This document shows, piece by piece, positions 51,304-64,000 of a stretch of 64,000 bases of DNA. Each line of letters begins with the position of its first letter. Positions within the stretch are counted from its first letter, which is position 1. The translations under genes and the position numbers were made by a program. Origin of the DNA: Trichodelitschia bisporula (taxonomy: Eukaryota); NCBI GenBank assembly GCA_010356995.1, contig ML996689.1, positions 1,444,691-1,508,690 of the forward strand, given 5' to 3'. A model generated the notes under the pieces. It searched no databases. It saw nothing but the letters and a program-made list of their open reading frames with translations, and was not told the origin of the DNA.

Positions 51304-52661
51304 TTATTGCGAAGCGCACTGCACGCGCTCACCACCTTGGCCCATCTCATCATCGTCGTCGTCCGTCATACCGCGCGACCGCACCTGCTCACGTGTGGGG
51401 TCAATGTCCTCGAGGGTGAAGTCATCGAACATGGCATCGGCCGGGATCGGGTTGTCGAGACTGCGGGGGGGCAGAACAGACTCGAGAGCCTTGATCTGCT
51501 TCGCGCGAACCTCAGGGTCCTCCGTTTCGAAAAGGCGAGGAGGGAACTTGACATCGAACTGGATGTACAGGTTGCCGAAGTCGTGATGGCGGTACGACGG
51601 CATACCCTGACCGGGGACCTTCTTGATAGTACCTGCACTTTGTTAGAACCTAGCGTAGCAATGGAAAACAATAAATTTACCAGGTGAAATGACCTCGCCG
51701 GGGATGATCTCAACACTCAGCCAACGGTCATCGAGGTGCTCAATGTTAATGCGGCCACCCGCAAGAGCAGTCAGAAGGTCGATTTCAACCTGATAGTACA
51801 GGTCGTCTTCCTTCCGTTGGAAGCGCGCATGCGGCTTCTGCTCGATCTCGAAAACCACGTCGCCAGGCTCGACGCCCGGAAGCTGGTCGCCCTCACCACG
51901 AAACTCGATCTTGGTGCCGCTGCGAACACCACGATCCACATGGACGTGCAGAACCTTGCGTTCAATGACCGTCTTCTTGCCGTGGCACTCCTTGCAACGA
52001 TCACGGTCGCGGATGATCTCTCCCTCTCCGTTGCAGTCAGGGCACACTGTCTGGAAGCGCTGGATCATAGGACCCATCTGTCGCATCATCATCTTCATGC
52101 CGCGGCCCTCGCAGCCAGGACACTTCTTGACTGAGCCTTCTTTGCCTCCGATGCCGTTGCACTTCTTGCAGATGACAGATTTCTGCAAGGCGAGCTTCGA
52201 CACCTTGCCCTTGTAGATATCCTCGAGGCTGACCTTGTGAACGTGGGTAATCGTACGCGCTTTGCGGGGACCCTGGTCACGCATCCCGCCGTTACCACCG
52301 AACATACTACCGAAAGCACCCCCTCCGCCGAAGAACTGCGCGAACAGATCCTCGGCGGCCATGCCGTTGCCCATGCCACCTTGCTCAAGGCCTTCTTCGC
52401 CATACTGGTCATAGAGTTGACGCTTTTCGGAGTCGGAGAGGATCTCGTAGGCGTGCGATAGGTCCTTGAACTTTTGTTCGGCTTCGGGGCTCTTGTTCTT
52501 GTCTGTAGAAGTCAAATGAGACCGAGCACTTGAGAATCAGAGTCAAAAGTCATACCCGGGTGGTACATGAGGGCACCCTTCCGGTAGGCTGACTTGAGCT
52601 GAGCCTCAGTCGCCTCAGGCGGAACGCCCAAGACGTCGTAGTACTTTGTATCTTTCACCAT
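51304..52661 (-). CDS. YDJ1: Type I Hsp40 chaperone Ydj1/Mas5; 2 introns
   Basis: [17 protein letters not shown] region, CxxCxGxG zinc fingers, C-terminal CaaX CASQ. Confidence 0.96.
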
Positions 52662-53487
52662 AGCGAAGGCTGTGAATTCGAAGGCCTGACACTGGAGATG
52701 AAGAGTCGCGCGGGAGCTGTGACTGGCTTCTGCGACGAGAGTCGAATATTTAAAGCTTCGGTGTCTGTGTGGATGTCAGATTTGTAAGGTTCGAGAGGTT
52801 CGACCAGTCTCCAGAAGAGGAGCTGACGAGGCCAACTTTGATGATCAAGGAAAGGTGTGCTCGGCGGCGGAGAAAGACGTACCGTTGTTGCAGTAGATCA
52901 GGCTCACTGATGAAAGTGACTTGGAAAACTAGGTGGAGGTTTTCACAGCGACAGAGGTGGTGACGGTCGTAGCTGCCAGGGAATAAATGCCAAAGGCTTT
53001 GCTGTTGGTGCTTGGAGTTGACTCTTGAGTTTAAAGCGGTGCGAGGCTCTTGGTTGAGCCACGGGGTCTCGCCTGCCGCTGTAGAAAATCGGGACTCTTT
53101 CGCTGCGGTTCTAGCAAGTTCTGTCCCTCCGCAACCCCTCTAATCCCGGTAAAAACCCCCCCGAAAGGCCGTGAAATGCTCAACTCTCTTTCAACCCTAC
53201 TTGCACCTAATATCTACACCGGAAGCAATCTTGCCTGATTGTCCTTAGGACATGCGGATGAGACATCCTACGGTCGTTTGAACGCAGCGGGGTTTGTTTG
53301 TTGACTGCATGCAAAAAACATTTCACCGCATTCCGCCCCATCGCTAATCCATCAGGCTCAACTGGCAGACCCTGTGGCGGTGCTTGCGACCTTGCAGCGA
53401 ATGCCTAGTGAGATACCCTTTTCAGGCAATCAGAGGGGCTCCTCCCGCCTAGTCGTGGCCGTCCTATCGCTATCTACCGAGCCTATT

Positions 53488-53668
53488 CTACTACGGTATC
53501 AGGCCTAATAATCGTAACTTGTGGGTCCCTGTGGCGCGGTGACTGGCGGCAACGACTTTACGGTAAGTTGCTTTCGCGGGCGGCCCTGTGCCCCATGAGA
53601 GTAGGCAACTACTTTACCTACCGAGAGGGACCCACAAGTTACGATTATTAGGCCTGATACCGTAGTAG
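53488..53668. mobile_element. Perfect 43-bp inverted repeat with 95-bp spacer; putative MITE (Tc1/mariner-like TA ends)
   Basis: ctactacggtatcaggcctaataatcgtaacttgtgggtccct (53488-53530) is the exact reverse complement of 53626-53668. Confidence 0.65.
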
Positions 53669-53824
53669 CCTGGCAGTGGACAGACTTACCTAAGTCCGGC
53701 GTGGTTGGGGCCCAGTTTATCATATACTACGTATAGCCGGGTCTACGGAAGAGGAACAGGGAACAAATAATCTATCTTCACCACTCTTCTTGCCCCGTAC
53801 AAGCTTTTTCTTCCATCTGAAACC

Positions 53825-54442
53825 ATGACCAGTGATATTGGGTTCCAAGCTGCGCTCGAAGAGGCCCGTAAGGGCGCCGCCGAGGGTGGTGTACCCATCG
53901 GTGCCGCCCTGGTCTCTGCGGATGGTCGGATCCTCGGCCGGGGTCACAACATGCGCATTCAGAAGGGTAGTGCCATTATTCACGTATGCCACCGTCCCAA
54001 TGCTTCGAATCTACCAGATATTGCACTAGGGCGACAAATGGGCTGACGGCTAGTGTAGGCTGAAATATCGGCACTGGATAATGCTGGCAGGCTACCGGCC
54101 TCCGAGTACAAGGGCGCCACTATGTACACCACCTTGTCGCCGTGCGATATGTGCACTGGTGCCTGCCTTCTTTATAAGGTCATGAGGGTTGTCATTGGGT
54201 AAGGTTCTTGGGCTTGACTCTGATTGATACTCACGCCAACAGCGAGAACAAGACCTTTGTTGGTGGCGAGGAGTACCTGAAATCACGGGGCGTCGAGCTT
54301 GAAGTACTAGACAACACCGAGTGCAAAGAGCTGATGGCTAAGTTCATTCGGGAGAAGCCTTCGGAGTGGTAAGTGCTTTCGTCTCATGACATCCTTCGGA
54401 ACTGAGAAATGCCCCAGGAATGAGGACATTGGTGAACCTTGA
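53825..54442 (+). CDS. FCY1: Cytosine deaminase; 3 introns
   Basis: EGGVPIGA, GHNMRIQKGS, HAE, YTTLSPCDMC, GEN, WNEDIGE. Confidence 0.95.
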
Positions 54443-54592
54443 CCGCCCAACAATGAAACGCTGCCTCCTGCTTCGGACTCGTCATTCCCTTGGTACCCAA
54501 CTTCACAAACGTAAGGAGTACCCTTCCAGGAGAACGTTAGAGGCACATGTGGCAACATCTGTATTTACCAAAGGCATGCATTGTTACGTTTT

Positions 54593-55878
54593 TCAGGCTG
54601 AAGTGCACCGCTGGATCTCTGCAAAATAGTGCCTCAAGCTCTCTGGATCCACAAACGGCGTAATACCTGGCCATGTCAGTCCATAATCCAACAGGTATCC
54701 GAGTCCTTACCGTGGCCGAGATTGGCTATCCATCCCTGCTTCCCGTTCCCAAACCCACGAGCCATCTCTTCAACCACAGCCGTGATGGCAGCCTTGCCGC
54801 CGTAGAGGACACCGGGATCGGCGTTGCCCTGAACTGTCTTGCCATTGGCACGGGCGATCTGGTAGGCACGAGCTGGGTCATGCAGCCAGTCGAGGCCAAT
54901 GACATCGTAGTTCGTCTTGCACAGGTCTTCAAGTGCATACCAGGCACCCTTCGCGAAGACAATCATCGGGACAACATCCTGCCCGAGCTCCTTCAGTCTC
55001 CGAGGCAGGTTATCGGCAATGTAGTTTAGATATGGGAGGGAAAATTCCTTGAAGGATGATGGGGAAAGCTCGCCGGCCCACGAGTCGAAGACCTGAACAA
55101 GCTGTTGTCGTTAGCAGTGCAGGGTAACGCGGGGTAGTGGAGGGGTTACCTGAGCTCCAGCAATAACCTGCTGCGCCAGGTAGTCCACACACAGCTCGGA
55201 AATTTTCTGCAGCAGATCCTTGCTTGCTTCGGGGTACTTGTATATCCACGTCTTGATCTCCTTGAAGATCTTGCTCCCACCACCTTCGACCATGTAGCAC
55301 ATGAGTGTCCACGGGGCACCACAGAAGCCGATCAACGGCACTCTGCCCTGCAGCTTCTGCCTAGTCATGGTGATGGCCTTGTAGACGTAGTCCAGCTCCA
55401 CCAAGACATCCACGTTCCGCTGCATGATCTCCTTGTACTGCGCGTCGTCCGGCGACCTCAATGGGTCAGGAAAGTGAGGGCCCTTCTTGTCCAACATTTC
55501 CACTGTCATCCCCATAGCCTGCGGTATGACAAGAATATCTGAGAAGATAATAGCGGCATCGACAAGGCCAGCGAACCGCTCAATGGGCTGCAGCGTCAAA
55601 GTGGAGGCAATCTCTGGTGTGCGGCAGACTTCAAAGAAGTCTCGGCCTCCTTTGGCTTCGTGGTACTCCGGAAGGTATCTCCCGGCTGTATAAAGTAGTT
55701 AGAATAGGGACGACCTCCACAGCAAGGAAACTGGCCTTGTCGCATCACCCACGCCGGCGCCCGTTCCACCTTCTCGCCTGCAGTCATTAGAATACTGCAG
55801 CGGGGAAGACCGTGAGTTCCCACCTCGGGCGGCCCTCAAGATCAAGTCGTTCTTCATCGGCGCAAATTGAGCGGTCAT
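54593..55878 (-). CDS. HEM12: Uroporphyrinogen decarboxylase; 4 introns, the second (55735-55686) GC-AG
   Basis: [56 protein letters not shown]. Confidence 0.96.
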
Positions 55879-56137
55879 GCTGGGCAGTTTGGAGTGGTTG
55901 ATTTGGCGGGGTGGATGTTGAAGCTGAGACGACACCGGATTGCGGGACCGTCTAAGCTCATCTGAAATTCGAGCGCCGGCCCCGGCCGCTTACCCGATCG
56001 GGCCGACGTAGCGCACGGCTCGCTCTGTGGACGGAGCTAGCGCGAACCTGGATTCAGCCTTTCAAGCAGGGGCAGCCCAGACCCCGACATCAAACGCCAT
56101 CGTGATCGATCGGAGGGCGCGTTGGTGGATCGCGGTG

Positions 56138-59100
56138 ATGAGGCTCCAGACGCGATTGTCAGAAGGAGTGCTTCAGCTTCGAAATATTCGTCCTTACTCT
56201 TGCCACTTCTGCACGACATCTATCAAAATTCGGACATTGTCAAAGCAACCGCTGGGGGCTCGGATATGGACGCGAGGAGCAAAGCGCCGGTCGACCATCG
56301 CTCTAAAAGATGTCCCCCAAGGAGCTTTGCCGAGAATCCCGATTGAGACGGAAACAAGCCGTGAGCCTGCGTATCCGACTGTAATTCAGCAGGCTCGCAA
56401 TAACATGCGAAAATTTTCCCACTGTGTGTTGCTCACTCGAGTCGGCGGGTTCTACGAGGTGAGCCAACACGCCGCAGCATCGGCTATGCTAATGGAGGTT
56501 TGAGAAAGTTGTACTTTGAGCAGGCGGAGGAATATGCCCCTCTGCTAAACCTCAAAACTGGGTCGAAGAAGACTAGTGTTGGTGCCGTGCCGATGGTATG
56601 ATCTTCGCGTATCAATACCGCATAGCTAATCTCAAGTAGGCTGGTTTCCCTTACTTTCAGCTTGACAGGTTCCTCAAAGTGCTTGTACATGACTTGAACA
56701 AGTATGTGGCCATCAGCGAGGAGTTTGCCAATGATCCATCCCAGATGCTCCAGTCCGGAGGACTGTTGTTCGACCGGCGTGTCACTCGCATTGTCACACC
56801 CGGCACGCTGATTGACGAGAAGTTCATGGATCCGTGGGAGAATAACTTCCTGTTGAGCATCCATGCCGACCCATCTGCTGTCCAGAGCCTTGAAATTTCT
56901 GAAAAGATGAATCCTGTTCCCCAAGCGGACATTGGCCTGTCGTGGGTAGACTTGTCCAGCGGCGATTTCTTCACGCAAAAGACGGATTTCGGCTCCTTCC
57001 TGTCAATTGTAGCGCGGATAAATCCAAGGGAGATTGTCGTCGACCGCGCTCTTGAGACATCAGAGTCGCCTTTGCTGAAAGCGTTGACAGACGAAAAGTA
57101 CACGATCTCATTTCAGGACATTCTGGAATCGACGCCGGCCGAGAAATGGCATCAGTTTCTGGAGGACACCTCAATTGACAATAGCGCCGCATCATTCTCC
57201 GAGTGCGAAGTCACTGCTGGTAATATCGTACTTCACTACGCCAATGTGCAATTGCAAGGCAGCAAAGTTGCACTGCAAGCTCCCATACAGCGTCAGGATA
57301 ACGAGTTCATGATCATCGATAGGCACAGCTTACGGGCCTTGGAGATCCGGGAGACTTTGCGCGACGGGAACTTTGAGGGCAGTTTGCTTCACGCGGTACG
57401 GAGGACAGTGACGAAGAGCGGCACGAGACTGCTTGCCCAGCGCTTGAGTAGGTTCATTGCTTTTCTCAAATGACAACTCTAAGGGTCTCTAGCTGCACCT
57501 TCCATGGACCTGGATGAAATAAACCACCGACTCGATCTCGTCACGGAAATGATAGAGGCACCGGCGTTGCGGAATGAGATTATTAGCCTCCTCCGAGCCA
57601 CGTACGACTCGCTTCGCCTTGTTCAAAAGTTTGCATTTGGTCGCGGCGACACCGACGACTTGCTCGGTCTATCTAAGACCGTTCAGATCACCAAACGGAT
57701 AGCAGAGCTCCTGGAGGCTCATGCAGAATCCCATACAAGTTTGAAGTTGAGCGAGAGCAAAGGCAATGGCAAAGCCTCCATCCAGAAGCTACTCAGTCAG
57801 CTGAATTTTGACGGCCCACTTGCACTGTCTCAGCGCATTCTTGACGCGATAGATGAGGAAATGCTCTCTGAACAGCACCGTATAGAAGATAGCCAGGCAG
57901 CACAGCTGGTAGAGCTCGCAGAAGACGTCCTCAGCGGCGCTGGAGAACCAGAGAAACTCAAGGGCGTCCCGAAAGGGGTCAAGTCTCAGCTCGTAGCGGG
58001 CGGGGCACGGAAGGAAACCGGGGCGCCCGAAGATATCTGGATCATGAAGCGAAGGTGCGTCTTGAAATCCTGCGTTTGCGAGCCGAACTTACCATCTACA
58101 GTGCCAGCAAGATTTTGCACGACCTCCATGACTCCCTCGACCAACTCCTGCAAGAAAAAGAAGAACTCACCACCACCTTCCGCGAAAAATCCAAAACCCC
58201 AGGCCTCACTCTCAAATGGACCCCCGGCCTAGGCCACATCTGCCACATCAAAGGCAAATGCCCCCAATCCGCCCTCGACGCCCTCGGCGCAACAAAACGT
58301 GTCTCCTCCAGCCGCACAACCCAATCCTTCCACCTACCCGAATGGACCCGCCTCGGCACAAACATCGACGACGCAAAGCTGCGCATCCGCCGCGAAGAGC
58401 AACGCGTCTTCACCACGCTCCGCACCCTCGTAATCCGCGACCTGCCCACCCTCCGCCGCAACGCCTGCGTCCTCGACAGCCTCGACGTGGCCACCGCATT
58501 CGCCTCCCTCGCCGTGTCTAACGCCCTCACGCGGCCTATCCTTGACCACTCGGCCACTCACACCGTCCTCGGCGCCCGCCACCCCGTCGTCGAAGCCGGT
58601 CTCCGCGCCCGCGGTCTTACCTTCACGCCGAATGACTGTCTGGCTGGCCCGACCGCGCCAGCTCGCGTCCTCCTCATCACGGGCCCGAATATGGGCGGCA
58701 AGAGCACGTTCCTGCGCCAGAACGCGCTGATCAGCATCCTTGCCCAAACGGGGTCGTACGTGCCAGCGCACCACGCGCGGCTCGGCCTCGTAGACCGGGT
58801 CTTCAGCCGCGTGGGCGCGGCAGACGATCTGTTCCGCGACCGCTCGACGTTCATGGTCGAGATGCTCGAGGCCGGGGCTATACTCCGGGGCGCGACGCGG
58901 CGGAGCTTCGTGATCATGGATGAAGTGGGGCGGGGCACGACGGCGGAAGAGGGCCTCGCCGTGGGTTTCGCGTGTTTGTGGCATCTGTGGGCGGTGAATC
59001 GGTGTCGAGGGCTGTTTGCGACGCATTTTCATCGTATTGCGGATTTGACGGTGGGGTGGGAGGGGGTGGGGAGGTTGTGCTCTGATGTGTTGGTTGAGGG

Positions 59101-59337
59101 GGATGGGGGGTTTGTGTATGTTCATAGGTTGAGGGAGGGGGTCAACCGGGAGAGCCATGCGCTGAAGGTGGCGCGGGTTGCGGGTGAGTTTGGCTTTTGG
59201 CGGCTTGAGGCATGGCTAATGGTTCAGGACTCCCTGACGAGGCGATTCGCGTTGCGGCGAGGCTCTTGGAGGATCTCAAGGCAGAAGGGCCATTGGCAGC
59301 AAGGGGCGAAGAGCGCAAGGCTGGTGAGCAAGGCTAG
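56138..59337 (+). CDS. MSH1: Mitochondrial MutS homologue; 5 introns
   Basis: Presequence-like N-terminus, LLTRVGGFYELY, VPMAGFP, RIVTPGTL, Walker A TGPNMGGKST, STFMVEM, DEVGRGT, FATHF. Confidence 0.93.
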
Positions 59338-62300
59338 CAACGTCCATCTCAGCAATCACAAACACGATATCTCCCGCGTGACAATCCATCTCCCTCAATC
59401 CTCTCCTTCCTATATCCCGCATTCCCATATTCTACGCCACGACGCAAGAATGGCGCTGTTTCTCAGCGGCGCATCTCACCCCGGGCCCACCCCAGTGAGC
59501 CTGTGATGACGCAAGGATGGACGTCTCAAGATCCATCGGGCAGCTCGTATCTGAAGCAAAATGCCAGATGTTGTGCTAAGGGCGATATCAGATATATCAC
59601 ATGACCTGACCGTGACGATCGTTTCGTGAGTTGCAACAACCCTCACCAGCCGCATAGCAACGCAATCCCCATCGAGCGTCCTGCCTCAAGTTGCCAACGC
59701 AGTGTCTACCTACGCCAAGCCCTGCCAGCCAACCCCACGCCCCCCTCCCACTCCCAATCCGCTCGCGTGCACGCCTGCCCCATCGCGGCATCCCGACCGG
59801 ACCGTTCGCGGGGGGGGGCGAGCGCAGCGAGCCGCAGTCCACAGGCCAGCCCACAACGCAGCCTGACACCTCAGGACGCGCAAAATCGCGCAGGGCGGTC
59901 GGCCCCGGATCCAGGACAGGCAGGTTAAATATCTTGGCACGATACAACGAGTGCCAAAGTGCGGTTTTCGAGGCGTTCTAATATCCGCACTTTCGCTGCG
60001 TCGCCGCGGCTGAAAGCACCCGAAGGCGCGACGGCAGAGGAGCGGCGATGTGTTTTTTTGTCCCTAGGCGGGTGTGGGCGTACTATGTGCGCCGTTGTGC
60101 GGTGTCCCCGTGACACGAAGGCGGTGGGGATCAGGGGATCAGGGAACCTACGGAGGTACTGCATAGGCGCGAGGCGTTGGGCGATGCGGCTTGGACACCG
60201 CTGCCAGTGCCCAAACATGCGCGATCTGGCGCCGCGGGCTTCCGGCGCTGCGGCGGCGGGGAGTGATAGCGAGGGGATCGAGGAGTTGGGGCCCAAGGCG
60301 CCCGAAATCGGAATGAGAGCTCGGTGCGCTTTTGTGCGATTAGAGGGCGTGGTTAATGGGGGAGCCAAGACTTTATGCTGGGCTGAGGCGGAGGAGGGGC
60401 TCCGGGCGGCCGTTGGAGGATGCCGATGGCTGGACGGGCGGGCGTGGGGGCGGGCCGCTGAGGCTTTCTGGGGGCGTTGGTGGGTTTTTTGTCGGTGGTG
60501 GGGGTGGTGGGGGTGGGGGTGTGGTGGGTTGAGAGGGTGGCATGTCACTTGGGTATGGGGCATGGATTGGGCGATCGTGGTGGGATGGTTTTGCTTGATA
60601 TCTGATGGGGACGCTATGCTGCTTTGGAGGGATTGAGATTGTTGCGGTATTGAGGCATTGAGTGTTGCTGGCTGTCACGATGACGATGGTATGTAACTTC
60701 ACGTGGACACCATGTGGTGGAGGAAGAGAGGAGAAGCGCGAGAGACGGAGACAAAGAACGGTTGTTCCGGTTACTCAACATGTTCCAAAACAACGAACGC
60801 AATCACCACCTCTTTGAGACATTTCACCAACTTCATCTCCTTCAATTTTCTCTCCTTCAGCTTTGCTGTATCTCTGTCCTTCCCCAGACTCTCCCAGGCG
60901 GAGAATATTTTGACGCACGGCATCCGGAATGATTCTAGCTTTCGGACTCGGACAACGCAACATGTAAACGACAAACAGCGAAAGCTTCATCAACTCTTGT
61001 TTCTCGCTTCGGCCTGCCAATGAAATAAGGCGTCTGGACGTCACCCACGCAGGACGACGTGGGGATGGGATTGACTTGTAAGTCATCGAGTCGGTCGAAT
61101 TGCCTAGAATATGGTCTTGTCGGTTTGCCTTCATTCTTGTCGCTTTCACTTCTCCGACTGCTATGGTGCTAGTTCCCTTTTCAGTCGTCATCCATTGACC
61201 CATCAGGACATTTCTACTCGCCGAGACCGGGGGAAGCAGACGCCTCATCTCACCGTCGTCATGCATCATTTGCTGCCCTTTTGGCTTTGCACCGCCAGTT
61301 GTGCACCCGGTCCTAGCCTCTCGCCCTCTCGCCTTTCCCCTCCATCTCCGCAAGGTATGCCTGTCATTGCCCGCTCACACATCCCGTCCCGCTCCCATTC
61401 ATCCTTATCCTAATCGCTCCTCCACCACTCCCGCTCACACCGCAGCGCTTCTCGCGGTCCACAATGACTCCACATTCTGCATGTCCAAGAGTGCTTGCAG
61501 AGGCTTATCGCTCGCTCAAGCACCGAGGGCCGCAGACGCCACGGCAGCACAAAACAAAATGCCGGAACACATGGCCCGGCTTAGTTGCAAATTCGCTGAT
61601 GACAAAGGCGATCAGTACGGCGGAGCATGGAGAGAGGAGAGAGAAAGAGTACAACGTTGAGAATGAGAGATTGGAGGGATTGGAGAGATGGCCGAGGTGC
61701 CAGAGCAAGATGATGCGAGTAGCCGGCGAGGCAGACTGCACACACTGAGCGAGGAAGAGCTGTTCCCTCGTAGCTCGTGGTCCTATCCGATCCCCATCCC
61801 ATGCTATCGCTGTGCTACTCGCTAGTCTTACAGTATTTTTCTCGTCCCTATCATGGGGTCGACTCTCTCGCACACCACACAGCCATTACCCAGCCATCGC
61901 CAGCAAGTCCCCAAGACGGGCGCCGTCAGATCAAATGGACAGCCCTGTCGGTGCCCTGCCTTGCCTGGCACTGCAAGCCCCCCAACCAGCAAGTCCTTAA
62001 TCCTCCATAACCCAGGTTGTCGGTAAGTCGTATCTTCTCGTCTTACTCTTTCTTTCCAAGACAGTTGTTGTCTTCTTGTCTCTCACCTCGTGCCTCAATC
62101 TTATTTCCTCTCATCTATCCCTCCCCTCCACCAGCACCCCCCGCCACACTTCCATATACCCCGAGGTCCCTCATTCGCACCTCCTCTTCCGTTTGCTAAG
62201 GTTTATCATATTCTTTTCATCTCCTCTCCCCGCCGAAAGAAGATTTGTCCCATTGTAGCCGCGGCTGGCTTTTACCGCAATATAGCCGACTGTCCCATCC

Positions 62301-62837
62301 CCCACAGTCCTCGACCTCCAAACCACCCCAAACCCAGCAACCCGGACACTCTTGAGCTCCCGCCCCCACCCCCGGCAAGCGGCAGACAAGGCCAAAGGTC
62401 AAAGCTTCAGCCCTCCCACTCAAAGTTGTTCCCATCCTATGCTGCATGCCCGGACTCGTCCCCGCGAACTGAACCCCGCCCCCCCGCGGACGAATCCTAC
62501 TAGGGAAACCGGCTACATCCTCAACCGCCAGTCATGATTATGTGCTAGCAGCTTGCGCCGCCTACTGGAGTATTATGGCTGTTAACTGCTCGACTCTTTC
62601 TCGTCCTCGCCGACCGCCTTTGCGCCTGAATCGGGATTCTACGTATCTCGAAACTACTTTGGAGAGATCGCCTGCAGTGACATCAGTCGCCAACGCTGCA
62701 CGAGCCATTTATTCTATCCACGCCGGCTTTTGAACAACCACACCACCCTTTTCCCCCAAAACATATCCAGCAAATCAATACTAGATACACCTGTCGCGTG
62801 TAATGCACCATTTACGACGACGACCGTGCCGTCCGCC

Positions 62838-64000
62838 ATGCTGCTCCCTCGAGCAATGTACTCCGCCCCGCCCGTCGAACACGACTTGCGCCGCGAGAAC
62901 AACCCCACGCTGCTGTTTAGCTGGTGGACCACCTCATTTTCCCTCCTCATCATCATCTTCCGGCTCATCGGGCGCAAAGTGCGGAATAATGTCTTGTTCC
63001 CTGAGGACAAGGTCATGTTCCTCAGCACCATCCCGCTCGTCATCCGAATGGTGCTCGTCCACTTCGTGCTTATCTGGGGCACGAATAACACCGACCTTGC
63101 GACTGAGCACTTGACTGAATTGCAGATTTGGCACCGGTCATTAGGCTCGCGGTTTGTACTGGGTGCGCGCATCTTTTATGCGCTCTAGTGAGTTTTGAAG
63201 GTAGTCGTTTAATCATGCCGTTTCTGACGGGACGCAGCATCTGGATCGCCAAGTTCACAATCAGCGAATTCCTGAAGCGATTAACCCAGAACCACTGGAA
63301 GCAGTCGTACAACTACACCCTGCATTTCATCCGCTACTTCCTCGTAGCAACTTTCATCGCCGTCGTCATCGCCACCCTCGCCGAATGCCAACCCATCACG
63401 CACTACTGGCAAGTAGTCCCCGACCCAGGCGCCCAATGCCGACAAGGCTACGCCCAACTGATCACCATGGGCACGGCGGACATAATAACCGACGTCCTGC
63501 TCATCATCTTCCCCATCCCCATCGTCCTCCAATCGTCATCCTTCCCCGCCTCCCGCAAAATAACCCTCACCCTCGCCTTCTCCCTCTCCGGCATCCTAAT
63601 AGGAATAACCGCCTACCGCGTCCCCTCCGTTATCGCGAGGCACGGCAAGCAGCAATACCGCACCGTCTTCGCCAGCGGCGAAATTCTCGCCGCCGCCGCC
63701 GTCTCCAATGTAATCGTGCTGGGCTCCTTCCTGCGCGACCGCGGCGTCAAGCGCCACCGCTACGCCTACAGGACAACCTCGTCTGGCGCCGACTCCTTCG
63801 ACCGCACCTCCTCCTCCCGCCGCATGACGCTCAACGCCTGGCTCGGCGCCGAATACGGCGACCTAGTCGAGGACATGTGTTTCCGCACCGAGGAAATGGG
63901 GCCCCGCCGCGCGCCCCGCCCCTCCGTCAGCACCGAGCTGAAAACGGACCTCGAGAACGAGGCGGAGAAAAGGGATAACCCGCCTGCCGCGGACCGTGCG
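62838..64000 (+). CDS. Fungal rhodopsin-domain / PTH11-like integral membrane protein; intron 63188-63237; runs off the window
   Basis: Multiple TM segments: PTLLFSWW, WGTNN, RIFYALYIWIAK, ECQPITHYWQVVPDPG..CRQG, DIITDVLLIIFPIP. Confidence 0.8.

Noticed and set aside
53080..53125. Heat-shock element upstream of YDJ1
   Set aside because: Only an imperfect TTCtaGCAagTTC; too weak to call
1050..59337. Stop-codon readthrough producing cryptic PTS1 signals
   Set aside because: The stop contexts I checked show no TGA-CTA motif or SKL-like extension
59925..60636. Overlapping 212-aa and 225-aa ORFs
   Set aside because: No motifs or coding-like codon pattern; explained by GC-rich composition
1..64000. 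tRNA, rRNA, CRISPR array, riboswitch or transposase ORF
   Set aside because: None recognised by eye; tRNAscan-SE and Infernal would be needed to exclude small ncRNAs

Overview
Gene-dense window from a filamentous ascomycete (Pezizomycotina-like: short introns with CTRAC branch sites). I can build about 27 protein-coding genes with roughly 65 introns. In order: RlmA MADS-box TF, PEF1, MFS transporter, cytochrome P450, PFA4, SAM methyltransferase, CreB-like deubiquitinase, YOS1, LCL3, arginine-specific CPS large subunit, ORM1, IEC3, carboxylesterase, PCNA, pyridoxal kinase, three hypothetical genes, DPP5, ENV7-like kinase, bleomycin hydrolase, methylmalonate-semialdehyde dehydrogenase, YDJ1, FCY1, HEM12, MSH1 and a truncated PTH11-like membrane protein. 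I recognised no rRNA, tRNA, CRISPR array, autonomous transposon or biosynthetic cluster. The most unusual signals are non-coding or structural: a perfect 43-bp inverted repeat (MITE-like) upstream of FCY1; four frame-required GC-AG introns; a repeated C-rich to G-rich switch along genes; a long in-frame hairpin-containing ORM1 intron; a G19 frameshift in the esterase; and a PCNA start codon split by an intron. Gene identities come from motif recognition, not database searches, and exon boundaries were assigned by eye.
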